Assembly: GCA_032718475.1 (NCBI GenBank)
Contig: JAUCBJ010005050.1
Location: forward strand, 1 to 64,000
DNA: 64,000 nucleotides
From: Nemertoderma westbladi
Lineage: Eukaryota; Animalia; Xenacoelomorpha
Reading direction: 5' to 3'
A program made the position numbers and the translations under genes. How positions within the stretch are numbered: the stretch's first letter is position 1; every line of letters starts with the position of its first letter. The notes beneath the pieces were generated by a model. It was not told where the DNA came from. It saw only the letters and a program-made list of their open reading frames with translations, and searched no databases. Below are positions 38,988 to 51,649 of this stretch, one piece after another.

Positions 38988-40799
38988 ATGGAAAACATAT
39001 TAGGCATACAACAGAATATGGAGAACATTCCATACCCTTTCGTTGATACTCAGCTGATTGCTCCCTGGGCAGAAGGTCGAGGTTTCTTCAGCACCATGTA
39101 TGCTAATACGTCTAGCAACATTACAAAGGTGCAACGAACTTCCATCGGACATCTTGCCTTTCAGGAATACGGATGGAATTTCAAAGTCGGAAATCCCATC
39201 AACTATCAACAAGTATACGGAGATCATTATTCTCGATTATACTTTGATGGACCATTAACCGCACCTGGCGCCGTGTATAGCTTCATGAGTGTTCCACTCC
39301 GTCCCTCCTTAGCTATCTACACGATCTTTGAAAACACCGCACTTGCCGGTTGGCTAGCCGATGTGTGCAGTCGTACTATACGCGCCCATCCATTAATACT
39401 TGGGACCAAACTCGCTAAGCTAGATGAACATAATAAATTCATCCGCTTCGAATGTTTCCAGCGATTTTTAACCCCGTTCCGCAACGTGGATAGCCAATTT
39501 AAAGACCGCGCTTTGACCAAGCTCAGCCTAAGAAACTCAGCTGCAGAGAAGTTGGATAGCGCTGGATTCGCCATTTTCAAAGAGATTTGTATATCGAACT
39601 TGCACTCCTCTGTTATACAAAGACCTCGAATCCCCACAGGTTATTCTGACGTGGAAATTCAGACAATAGGTCCACTTGAAGAGACAGACACGCCCACCTC
39701 AGCTATGCACTTGGAAGACGAACCAATATGTCTAGAGTCTGAGGAGATTCAGCCTATCGCGCCCCGGAACAGCGACAACGATTACATCATCGAATGGTAT
39801 CAAGGTCCACAGTGTCTCACTGCGTACGATTATCGACATGCCAACTATGTTTCTAGGCAACGTTGTCGGTTATGCGCATCGAGAGACCATGATACGCCCA
39901 TGGACACAAACGTCCGCTGTTCCTATTTCCAAGAACAACCGACGATGGAAATTTATTGCGCATATTGCAGACTCAATAACTTGCATCAATAACTTGCATC
40001 GGTTTGCCCTCAATTTATGACTCAATGTCACCATTGTCAACTAAAGGGACACGCCAGTTTCGATTGCCCTTTTAATCACGATTTGGAAAGCGTAGATGAA
40101 ATGATCACACTACGTTACATCAGAGCTTGGGAAGCGAACGCTGATTTACATTGTGATTCGCGCCATCGCTATTATCCTGGACGCGCTTACGAAGGAGTTT
40201 ATGCGTTCCATCCTTATCTATTCGCTTCTGTCGAACAGAAATCACGCATATCGAGTTACGAACTACTGAAGCGCGTCGGAGAATGTATTTCAACCAAATT
40301 CGTACGCAAATTTCTCAGGAGTGTTAATCCTAGCGACCTTCATTCCTATAACTTAATCAATTATATCCGTCAGGATCCAGACTATGGAGACTTATTTGTT
40401 AACTCACACCCCGAGTTACAGGAAGTATATCGACGGCCTTAAGAATACCGAGCCCGCGAACGCGAGTTGGAAAGAACCATTAAACCCCGGAGGTTTCTAA
40501 CTGCCTATGGTCCACCCACGGCTCTCGTTCAGACCACTCGTAAAGGACCCGTAAGAGCGGCTGTCTTAAAACGAGCTCTCAAAGCCGTTAGACCCCTCTC
40601 CCCCGACGTTGATGTCAATCAACCCGGCACTTCGACTGGCGGATACACCGACCATAATCCTACACCCTCTGATGCAATTATATTGCACCCTTCACCCAGG
40701 AGTTATAGCCCTCCTTGTAAAGTGGCTCGCCCCAAAGAGAAAAGGACTCTGGCCAGCTTTAAAAAACTGCGTAAACGCCGTCCGCGCAAGAAAGACTAA
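38988..40799 (+). pseudogene. Accessory ORF C of the BEL element: ~600 aa protein with tandem zinc knuckles and a basic tail, broken by two stops
   Basis: ORFs 38988, 40017 and 40467 share a frame and are separated by single TAA codons (39990, 40440). Motifs CRLCASRDH..C, CAYCRLNN..LASVC, CHHCQLKGHASFDC; ends KKLRKRRPRKKD. Confidence 0.65.
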
Positions 40800-40869
40800 C
40801 TGTTTAGAGTATTTACATATATTAGAAACTGTGATTTTTGTATATTTATAGACTTGAATCCCATTTTCT

Positions 40870-40877
40870 GGGAGCGG
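40870..40877 (+). other. Polypurine tract of the BEL element
   Basis: GGGAGCGG directly before the TG of the 3' LTR. Confidence 0.7.
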
Positions 40878-42066
40878 TGTAAAAGCTTTTGCGGATATAA
40901 TCAGTCCCCTCGCCCGCAAGGTACCGTTATAGGTGTTTTAACGGACATAAAAGTCATTCTTCTATATGTGTGCTTTGGCGGACATGGTAAGGCATAAAAC
41001 CCGCAATGCGTCAAATACTCTGGCACAGCTTAGCCTTGATGATTCAGATTACGACATCTAACAGCTGGTTGCTGGCATGGAAACGGCCATTGGACACATG
41101 GTTCTTTGTTTAGCTTAACAGCCAATCAGGGCGATATTTACTGTCGATGTGGAGATTTTCTACAGATCGTGCTAGGAGTGTTCAGTCTTACTGTTTTTCT
41201 TGATACTGTTGTGTTGTTTCTATCTAGGCCAAGAACACCGGCTCTAGAGTCAATTCGTTTCAGACTTTAGAAGAAACATTAGTAGGCTTAGATTATAGAG
41301 CGTATAACTGTTATCGGCACAGTCCAGTCTTAACGGCACATACATTGTCATATCATATCTTAACCTACCGTCTTAATGCTTTTACTGTTGTTATTATTTT
41401 GTATCAGTTGGTTGAATATTATTTGGAGAACATCTATAAAGAACCCAAATTTCCCAATTTTCTTGATACACTACAGGTTAGAGAGACAGGTTACATATAG
41501 CGATTGCGACTTATATTATTGTGGTTTGTAGTGAATTTAATGCTATTTGATAAGCACTACATGAGTCAATTGCTGTTCTCTTTATATATGATAAAATTCA
41601 TTGACAGTCGGCAAATTAGTGTGCAGTATTGTGCGTTACCGGTAGTGTGCATGATTGTGACTGATAACTAAGCATTTCCTAAAGAATGCGCCTCATACGT
41701 GAATCATAAGCCTTACCGACTTACCGTTGTGTTTAGTATAAGTCATATCTCTGTTTACCTACATAGAGCGCCACGTCCTAAAGGAACTGTTAATATTTCC
41801 CGAAAGTGAATAATATTAGTCAGAAATTATTTATTAACGATCAATCGAATAATACAGTAAGCTTACACTGCAATAACAATCTAAGCCCTCCGAATCCAGT
41901 CTCCCGGGTATATCCAGTGGGTGAATGGATGCGCACTAGGCTGGCTTCGGCTAATGTTGTGTTTATTGGTATTAAATACTTGTCATTTTCTAAAGTCTAT
42001 TTATAAACCAAAAGACATATAAATTTTGGCAGGTTAAACTGCTAAAGGTCTTCAAAAGCGCGTACA
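40878..42066 (+). repeat. 3' LTR (1189 bp)
   Basis: Direct repeat of 23804-24971, followed by TSD GCTAG. Confidence 0.97.
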
Positions 42067-45000
42067 GCTAGCCATGCTGACAAGGTCGGGGGAACGTAAT
42101 CAACCAACGGCTAGCCATGCAGACAACGTCGGCTGAAGGTAATCAACCAACGGCTAGACATGCAGACAATGTCGGGGTAAGGCAATCAACCAACGGCTAG
42201 ACATGCCGACAAGGTCGGCGGAAGGTAATCAACCAACAGCTAGACATTCAGACAAGGTCGGCGGAAGGTAATCATCCAACGGCTAGCCATGCTGACAAGG
42301 TCGGGGGAACGTAATCAACCAACGGCTAGACATGCAGACAAGGTCGGCTGAAGGTAGTCAACCAACGGCTAGACATGCAGACAAGGTCGGGGGAAGGTAA
42401 TCAACCAACGGCTAGCCATGCTGACAAGGTCGGCGGAAGGTAATAAACCAACGGCTAGCCATGCAGACAAGGTCGGCGGAAGGTAATCATCCAACGGCTA
42501 GACATGCAGACAAGGTCGGGGGAAGGTAATCATCCAACGGCTAGCCATGCTGACAAGGTCGGCGGAAGGTAATCAACCAACGGCTAGCCATGCAGACAAG
42601 GTCGGCGGAAGGTAATCATCCAACGGCTAGACATGCAGACAAGGTCGGGGGAAGGTAATCAACCAGCGGCTAGACATGCTGACAAGGTCGGCGGAAGGTA
42701 ATCAACCAACGGCTAGCCATGCAGACAAGGTCGGCGGAAGGTAATCATCCAACTGCTAGACATGCAGACAAGGTCGGGGGAAGATAATCATCCAACGGCT
42801 AGCCATGCTGACAAGGTCGGCGGAAGGTAATCAACCAACGGCTAGCCATGCAGACAAGGTCGGCGGAAGGTAATCATCCAACGGCTAGACATGCAGACAA
42901 GGTCGGGGGAAGGTAATCAACCAACGGCTAGACATGCTGACAAGGTCGGCGGAAGGTAATCATCCAACGGCTAGCCATGCAGACAAGGTCGGTGGAAGGT
43001 AATCAACCAACGGCTAGCCATGCAGACAAGGTCGGTGGAAGTTAATCAACCAACGGCTAGCCATGCAGACAAGGTCGGCTGAAGGTAATCAACCAACGGC
43101 TAGTAATGTAGACAAGGTCGGTGGAAGGTAATCAACCAACGGCTTTCCATTCAAACAAGGTCGGTGGAAGGTAATCAACCAACGGCTAGCCATGCAGACA
43201 AGGTCGGCGGAAGGTAATCAACCAACGGCTAGACATGCAGACAAGGTCGGTGGAAGGTAATCAACCAACGGTTTGTAATGTAGACAAGGTCTGAGGAAGG
43301 TAATCAACCAACGGCTAGCCATGCAGACAAGGTTGGCGGAAGGTAATCATCCAACGGCTAGCCATGCAGACAAGGTCGGTGGAAGGTAATCAACCAACGG
43401 TTTGTAATGTAGACAAGGTCGGAGGAAGGTAATCAACCAACGGTTTGTAATGTAGACAAGGTCGGAGGAAGGTAATCAACCAACGGCTAGCCATGCAGAC
43501 AAGGTCGGGGGAAGGTAACCAACAAACGGCTAGCCATGCAGACAAGGTCGGCAGAAGGTAATCATCCAACGGCTAGCCATGCAGACAAGGTCGGGGGAAG
43601 GTAATCAACCAACGGCTAGCCATGCAGACAAGGTCGGCTGAAGGTCATCATTAATCAACCAACGGCTAGACATTCAGACAAGGTCGGCTGAAGGTAATCA
43701 ACCAACGGCTAGACATCCAGATAAGGTCGGCTGAAGGTAATCAACCAACGGCTAGACATGCAGACAAGGTCGGGGGAAGGTAATCAACCAACGGCTAGAC
43801 ATGCAGACAAGGTCAGCTGAAGGTAATCAACCAACGGCTAGACATGCAGACAAGGTCGGGGGAAGGTATTCAACCAATGGCTAGCCATCCAGATAAGGTT
43901 GGCTGAAGGTAATCAACCAACGGCTAGACATGCAGACAAGGTCGGGGGAAGGAAATCAACCAACGGCTAGACATGCAGACAAGGTCGGCTGAAGGTAATC
44001 ATCCAACTGCTAGACATGCAGACAAGGTCGGGGGAAGGTAATCATCCAACGGCTAGACATGCAGACAAGGTCGGGGAAGGTAATCAACCAATGGCTAGAC
44101 ATGCAGACAAGGTCGGCTGAAGGTAATCAACCAACGGCTAGACATGCAGACAATGTCGGCGGAAGGTAATCAACCAACGGCTAGACATTCAGACAAGGTA
44201 GGGGGAAGGTAATCAACCAATGGCTAGTAATGCAGACAAGGTCGGTGGAAGGTAATCAACCAACGGCTAGACATGCTGACAAGGTCGGCGGAAGGTAATC
44301 AACCAACGGCTAGCCATGCAGACAAGGTCGGCGGAAGGTAATCAACCAACGGCTAGACATGCTGACAAGATCGGGTGAAGGTAATCAACCAACGGCTAGC
44401 CATGCAGACAAGGTCGGCTGAAGGTAATCATCCAACGGCTAGCCATGCAGACAAGGTCGGCTGAAGGTAATCAACCAACGGCTAGCAGACAAGGTCGGCT
44501 GAAGGTAATCAACCAAAGGCTAGACATGCAGACAAGGTCGGCTGAAGGTAATCAACCAAAGGCTAGACATGCAGACAAGGTCGGCTGAAGGTAATCAACC
44601 AACGGCTAGCCATGCAGACAAGGTCGGCGGAAGGTAATCAGTCAACAGCTGCCATGCAGACAAGGTCGGGGGAAGGTAATCATCCAACGGCTAGCCATGC
44701 AGACAAGGTTGGCGGAAGGTAATCATCCAACGGCTAGCAGACAAGGTCGGCTGAAGGTAATCATCCAACGGCTAGCCATGCAGACAAGGTCGGGGGAAGG
44801 TATTCAACCAACGGTTTGTAATGTAGACAAGGTCGGTGGAAGGTAATCAACCAACGGCTAGACATGCAGACAAGGTCGGGGGAAGGTAATTAACCAACGG
44901 CTAGCCATGCAGACAAGGTCGGCTGAAGGTAATCAACCAACGGCTAGCAGACAAGGTCGGCTGAAGGTAATCAATCAACGGCTAGCAGACAAGGTTGGCT

Positions 45001-47923
45001 GAAGGTAATCAACCAACGGTTAGACATGCAGACAAGGTCGGCGGAAGGTAATCAACCAACGGCTAGCCATGCAGACAAGGTCGGCGGAAGGTAATCAACC
45101 AACGGCTAGACATACAGACAAGGTCGGCGGAAGGTAATCATCCAACGGCTAGCCATGCAGACAAGGTCGGCGGAAGGTAATCAACCAACGGCTAGCCATG
45201 CAGACAAGGTCGGTGGAAGGTAATCAACCAACGGCTAGCCATGCAGACGAGGTCGGCGGAAGGTAATCATCCAACGGCTAGCCATGCAGACAAGGTCAGC
45301 GGAAGGTAATCAACCAACGGCTAGACATACAGACAAGGTCGGCGGAAGGTAATCATCCAACGGCTAGCCATGCAGACAAGGTCGGCGGAAGGTAATCAAC
45401 CAACGGCTAGCCATGCAGACAAGGTCGGTGGAAGGTAATCAACCAACGGCTAGCCATGCAGACGAGGTCGGCGGAAGGTAATCATCCAACGGCTAGCCAT
45501 GCAGACAAGGTCAGCGGAAGGTAATCAACCAACGGCTAGACATACAGACAAGGTCGGCGGAAGGTAATCATCCAACGGCTAGCCATGCAGACAAGGTCGG
45601 CGGAAGGTAATCATCCAACGGCTAGCCATGCAGACAAGGTCAGCGGAAGGTAATCAACCAACGGCTAGACATACAGACAAGGTCGGTGGAAGGTAATCAA
45701 CCAACGGCTAGACATGCAGACAAGGTCGGCGGAAGGTAATCAACCAACGGCTAGACATGCAGACAAGGTCGGTTGAAGGTAATCAACCAACGGCTAGACA
45801 TGCAGACAAGGTCGGCGGAAGGTAATCAACCAACGGCTAGACATGCAGACAAGGTCGGCTGAAGGTAATCAACCAACGGCTAGACATGCAGACAAGGTCG
45901 GGGGAAGGTAATCAACCAACGGCTAGCCATGCAGACAAGGTTGGTGGAAGGTAATCAACCAACGGCTAACCATGCAGACAAGGTCGGCGGAAGGTAATCA
46001 ACCAACAGCTAGCAGACAAGGTCGGCTGAAGGTAATCAATCAACCAACGGCTAGACATGCAGACAAGGTCGGCTGAAGGTAATCAACCAACGGCTAGCCA
46101 TGCAGACAATGTCGACTGAAGGTAATCAACCAACGGCTAGACATGCAGACAAGGTCGGCGGAAGATAATCAACCAACGGCTAGACATGCAGACAAGGTCG
46201 GCGGAAGATAATCAACCAACGGCTAGATATGCAGACAAGGTCGGCGGAAGATAATCAACCAACGGCTAGACATGCAGACAAGGTCGGGGGAAGGTAATCA
46301 ACCAATGGCTAGCCATGCCGACAAGGTTTGTGGAAGGTAATCAACCAACGGCTAGCCATGCAGACAAGGTCGGCTGTAGGTAATCAACCAACGGCTAGAC
46401 AAGCAGACAAGGTCGGGGGAAGGTAATCAACCAACGGCTAGCCATGCAGACAAGGTTTGTGGAAGGTAATCAACCAACGGCTAGACATGCAGACAAGGTC
46501 GGCGGAAGATAATCAACCAACGGCTAGCCATGCAGACAAGGTCGGCGGAAGGTAATCAACCAACAGCTAGCAGACAAGGTCGGCTGAAGGTAATCAACCA
46601 ACGGCTAGACATGCAGACAAGGTCGGCTGAAGGTAATCATCCAACGGCTAGCCATGAGGACAATGTCGGCTGAAGGTAATCAACCAACGGCTAGACATGC
46701 AGACAAGGTCGGCGGAAGATAATCAACCAACGGCTAGACTTGCAGACAAGGTCGGGGGAAGGTACTCAACCAACGGCTAGACATGCAGAGAAGGTCGACT
46801 GAAGGTAATCATCCAACGGCTAGCCATGCAGACAAGGTTGGCTGAAGGTAATAATTCAACGGCTAGCAGACAAGGTCGGCTGAAGGTAATCAACCAACGG
46901 CTAGACATGCAGACAAGGTCGGCGGAAGGTAATCATCCAACGGCTAGCCATGCAGACAAGGTCGGCGGAAGGTAATCAACCAACGGCTAGACATACAGAC
47001 AAGGTCGGCGGAAGGTAATCATCCAACGGCTAGCCATGCAGACAAGGTCGGCGGAAGGTAATCAACCAACGGCTAGCCATGCAGACAAGGTCGGTGGAAG
47101 TTAATCAACCAACGGCTAGCCATGCAAACAAGGTCGGTGGAAGGTAATCAACCAACGGCTAGACATGCAGACAAGGTCGGCGGAAGGTAATCAACCAACG
47201 GCTAGACATGCAGACAAGGTCGGTTGAAGGTAATCAACCAACGGCTAGACATGCAGACAAGGTCGGCAGAAGGCAATCAACCAACGGCTAGACATGCAGA
47301 CAAGGTCGGCTGAAGGTAATCAACCAACGGCTAGACATGCAGACAAGGTCGGGGGAAGGTAATCAACCAACGGCTAGCCATGCAGACAAGGTTGGTGGAA
47401 GGTAATCAACCAACGGCTAACCATGCAGACAAGGTCGGCGGAAGGTAATCAACCAACAGCTAGCAGACAAGGTCGGCTGAAGGTAATCAACCAACGGCTA
47501 GACATGCAGACAAAGTCGGCTGAAGGTAATCATCCAACGGCTAGCCATGCAGACAATGTCGGCTGAAGGTAATCAACCAGCGGCTAGACATGCAGACAAG
47601 GTCGGCGGAAGATAATCAACCAACGGCTAGACATGCAGACAAGGTCGGCGGAAGATAATCAACCAACGGCTAGATATGCAGACAAGGTCGGCGGAAGATA
47701 ATCAACCAACGGCTAGACATGCAGACAAGGTCGGCGGAATGTAATCAACCAATGGCTAGCTATTCAGACAAGGTTTGTGGAAGGTAATCAACCAACGGCT
47801 AGCCATGCAGACAAGGTCGGCTGTAGGTAATCAACCAACTGCTAGACAAGCAGACAAGGTCGGGGGAAGGTAATCAACCAACGGCTAGCCATGCAGACAA
47901 GGTTTGTGGAAGGTAATCAACCA
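42067..47923. repeat. 43-bp satellite array, right arm
   Basis: Resumes in phase after the TSD; about 135 units with a more diverged variant set. Confidence 0.98.
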
Positions 47924-48934
47924 CCAGGTATTCGACCAGGGGCGTCCTCCAAGGAGACACACTTGCACCATTCTTGTTATTAATTGTTGTTGACTATGTT
48001 CTACGCATGTCCTTAGATCATCATAATGATGATGGGGTGATGATAACTCCACCTACTGGCTCCAGAAGTCGAGGAAATCCTGCTAAGTACCTAACTGATC
48101 TAGACTTTGCTGATGACTTAGGAGTACTATCAGAATCATTAGAGGGAGCCCAACGGCTCCTCAGCTCATTAGAACTTGCTGCTTCTAGTGCTGGTCTTTT
48201 TATTAACTCCAGAAAGACCAAAATTCTGACAGTTAACTTTGAAAGTCCTCAGCAAGTCTCTGATCGGATGAGCATAAGCTCAAAGGATGGTATGCTTGAG
48301 CATGTGGACGACTTCTGTTACCTGGGATCATGGATCCGGAAGTCAGGTGAGGACCTTCGAATACGTAAGGGAAAGGCATGGGCAGCCTTGAATAGGCTTT
48401 CCAGGATTTGGAAGTCACCGAGAATTAATCGGAAACTTAAGGTCCGATTATTTAGAGCAGCAGTAGTTCCAGTACTCCTCTACGGGAGTCCATGCTGGGC
48501 TCTAACTGCTGAGGACACCAAATCTCTGGATGGCACATTCACAAGAATGCTACGCCGGGTTCATTGTGTCAAGTACAATGCACACATCTCCAACCAGACA
48601 CTATATAACATTGGAGTTGTCTCATTGTTTCCCCCAAGCTTGACACTAGAACAAAATCGCCTCCGCTTTGCAGGACATTGCTTTCGCCGTGAGGACCAGC
48701 CAGTGCATAATCTTGTACTTTGGCAGCCTCATGGAGTGAATAAGCATGGTGGACAGCCCATGACTTTCTTGAGACGCATCTTAAAGGACACTGGCCTTAA
48801 AGATGCGGATGATCTAGCAAATGTCATGGGTGATAGGGAGTTGTGGCGGTGCAATTTTGTTGACAAGCCGGCACAGCATTCTTAAAAATGCAGCTGCAAT
48901 GCAGCATGCCGATCATAGTAGTAGTAGTATAGTA
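47924..48934 (+). mobile_element. 5'-truncated RTE-type non-LTR retrotransposon (C-terminal half of RT)
   Basis: GVLQGDTLAPF, LDFADD, YLGS and RLRFAGHCFRR motifs in and just before ORF 47974-48885; (TAG)n tail; ~11-bp TSD GTAATCAACCA at 47913-47923 and 48935-48945. Confidence 0.92.
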
Positions 48935-50115
48935 GTAATCAACCAACGGCTAGACATGCAGACAAGGTCGGCGGAAGATAATCAACCAACGGCTAACCAT
49001 GCAGACAAGGTCGGCGGAAGGTAATCAACCAACAGCTAGCAGACAAGGTCGGCTGAAGGTAATCAACCAACGGCTAGACATGCAGACAAGGTCGGCGGAA
49101 GATAATCAACCAACGGCTAGACTTGCAGACAAGGTCGGGGGAAGGTACTCAACCAACGGCTAGACATGCAGACAAGGTCGACTGAAGGTAATCATCCAAC
49201 GGCTAGCCATGCAGACAAGGTTGGCTGAAGGTAATCAATCAACGGCTAGACATGCAGACAAGGTCGAGGGGAAGGTAATCAACCAACGGCTTTCCATGCA
49301 GACAATGTCGGCTGAAGGTAGTCAACCAACGGCTAGACATGCAGACAAGGTCGGCGGAAGATAATCAACCAACGGCTAGACTTGCAGACAAGGTCGGGGG
49401 AAGGTACTCAACCAACGGCTAGACATGCAGAGAAGGTCGACTGAAGGTAATCAACCAACGGCTAGCCATGCAGACAAGGTTTGTGGAAGGTAGTCAACCA
49501 ACGGCTAGACATGCAGACAAGGTCGGCGGAAGATAATCAACCAACGGCTAGACATGCAGACAAGGTCGGGGGAAGGTAATCAATCAATGGCTAGCCATGC
49601 AGACAAGGTTTGTGGAAGGTAATCAACCAACGGCTAGACATGCAGACAAGGTCGGCGGAAGATAATCAACCAACGGCTAGACATGCAGACAAGGTCGGAT
49701 GAAGGTAATTATACAACGGCTAGCCATGCAGACAAGGTCGGCTGAAGGTAATCAACCAACGGCTAGACATGTAGACAAGGTCGGCTGAAGGTAATCAACC
49801 AACGGCTAGACATGCAGACAATGTCGGGGGAAGGTAATCATCCAACGGCTAGCCATGCCGACAAGGTCGGCTGAAGGTAATCATTAATCAACCAACGGCT
49901 AGACATGCAGACAAGGTCGAGGGGAAGGTAATCAACCAACGGCTTTCCATGCAGACAATGTCGGCTGAAGGTAATCAACCAACGGCTAGCCATGCAGACA
50001 AGGTCGGCGGAAGGTAATCAGCCAACGGCTAGCCATGCAGACAAGGTCGGCGGAAGGTAATCAACCAACGGCTAGACATGCAGACAAGGTCGGCGGAACG
50101 TAATCAACCAACGGC
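48935..50115. repeat. 43-bp satellite array, terminal segment
   Basis: About 27 units, ending at ...CAACCAACGGC. Confidence 0.97.
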
Positions 50116-51649
50116 GACCTACTGCGAAGACGCTTGTAGGAGTTGCGACCACAAGCGATTTACTCCCACAACAGAAAGATATGAGTATGAGAACCCTCCA
50201 GGAGAAATACCGGCTCGGTCTTTATAGGATCCATTAGATGAATAACCCCGGGAGATTAAAACACTTTCTTCGTATATAAACTTATAATATATTCTGTAAA
50301 CTAAATTAATAACGACCACTGACAATGTTGGGCTCCGATTAGGAATATATTACAGAATATCAAACCGCTTAGTTATAATATGATATATCAATATCACTTC
50401 ACTAAAATATATTATAATCCTAAATATTATTAATAATTATCATTATATTAAAAAAAATAAAAAATACAAACAGAAAGGGAAATCAACTAACAATATATAT
50501 CAAATTTTAAAAGCACAATAACATTGGTTTGGTGAACAATCAGCACATAATAACCGTGTGTGGGCATTGCGATGAAATATAGAAGCAGTAACATAAATAA
50601 CAAACTTTATGTCACTAACAGAGTAGAATCTATATTTATTGGCTATATTGATATCGAATTAATTGGTTCGCATTCTAGTAAACAAAGGAGTCCGGCGGGT
50701 TAGTGGTATTATATTTATTTCGCCGTGAGGGCCAGACTGGGCATAATATTGTGCTTTGGTAGCCCCACGGGGGAAATAAGCAAGGTGGACAGCACATGAC
50801 TTTCTTTAGATGCCTCTTAATTTCAAGTAACAGTGAACAATTTTCAAAAAATATGAAAGTTACACTTTTCACTGTATCTTTTTTCAATAAAGGTTTTCTG
50901 AGGCGCTGAATCCATTGTAAAACATTTAAAAATCACTTGATTACAATTACTGACAGTTTTAGTTTTCTACGTTGGCAAAAAATGAAAAAAAAAAACAAGT
51001 AACCAGAACTTTTCAGTTTGAACACAAAAATTTAAATCGACACATATGGTGCTATAAATTCAATATTTTATGTTTTCTAGGGCTCTGATTCTAATGGAAT
51101 ACATTTCTAATGGTCCAGCAACCATTGCAAATTGTATTTTTCTGCGTAATAATTTTGGTGCTAGCACATAATTTTATCACTCCCACTTCTGAAAAATACA
51201 AGTTTGAGATTTACCTACAGAGCCGTGTTTATTTGCTTCATCGGATTCAGTACCACAATAATTACTTGATTCCGTATTTAGTATTTCCGTATCGCATCGA
51301 ATCCCCGAGGATCTACCTATATAACTACATTAGCTTTAGAGTTTATTATGATTAACTCATTGATGTTCTATGGATGTCTAATATTTCCTTAAACATCAAA
51401 ATTAACAAAATGTACAAATTGTCACTCAAAACAAATTGACTGAATTTAATACTGAAAAAATAAATGTAGCTTAATGTAACAACAACGTACTGGTTTAGCA
51501 TATTTCCTAAGGTTGGTAACATATAGAATGCATAGCGTTTATCAGGAACGGTTTTTAGGAACGCTTTATGAATACTTTATTAACTCACTCACTTAGTATA
51601 TTTCCTTTATGAGTTTTAACCGAATACACATTGGAATAATTGATCGCAT

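Larger units (their letters stand above)
23804..42066 (+). mobile_element. Full-length BEL/Pao LTR retrotransposon, 18.3 kb, with an extra 3' accessory region
   Basis: TG...CA LTRs at 23804-24971 and 40878-42066; 5-bp TSD GCTAG at 23799-23803 and 42067-42071; gag-PR-RT-RH-IN order with BEL/Pao-type motifs. Confidence 0.97.

Noticed and set aside
38352-39992. env gene
   Set aside because: No clear signal peptide, fusion-protein cysteine pattern or C-terminal transmembrane anchor; zinc knuckles and a basic tail argue against it.
30700-40442. Alternative genetic code explaining the in-frame stops
   Set aside because: Host genes end in TAG, TGA and TAA and have no internal stops; stops in pol are rare, consistent with mutation.
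9956-50115. 43-bp array as a CRISPR array
   Set aside because: No unique spacers and no cas genes; eukaryotic context; units vary only at a few positions.
50600-51350. Short ORFs and repeat-like AT-rich sequence downstream of Rel
   Set aside because: Probably old DNA-transposon debris; no termini or motifs could be defined.
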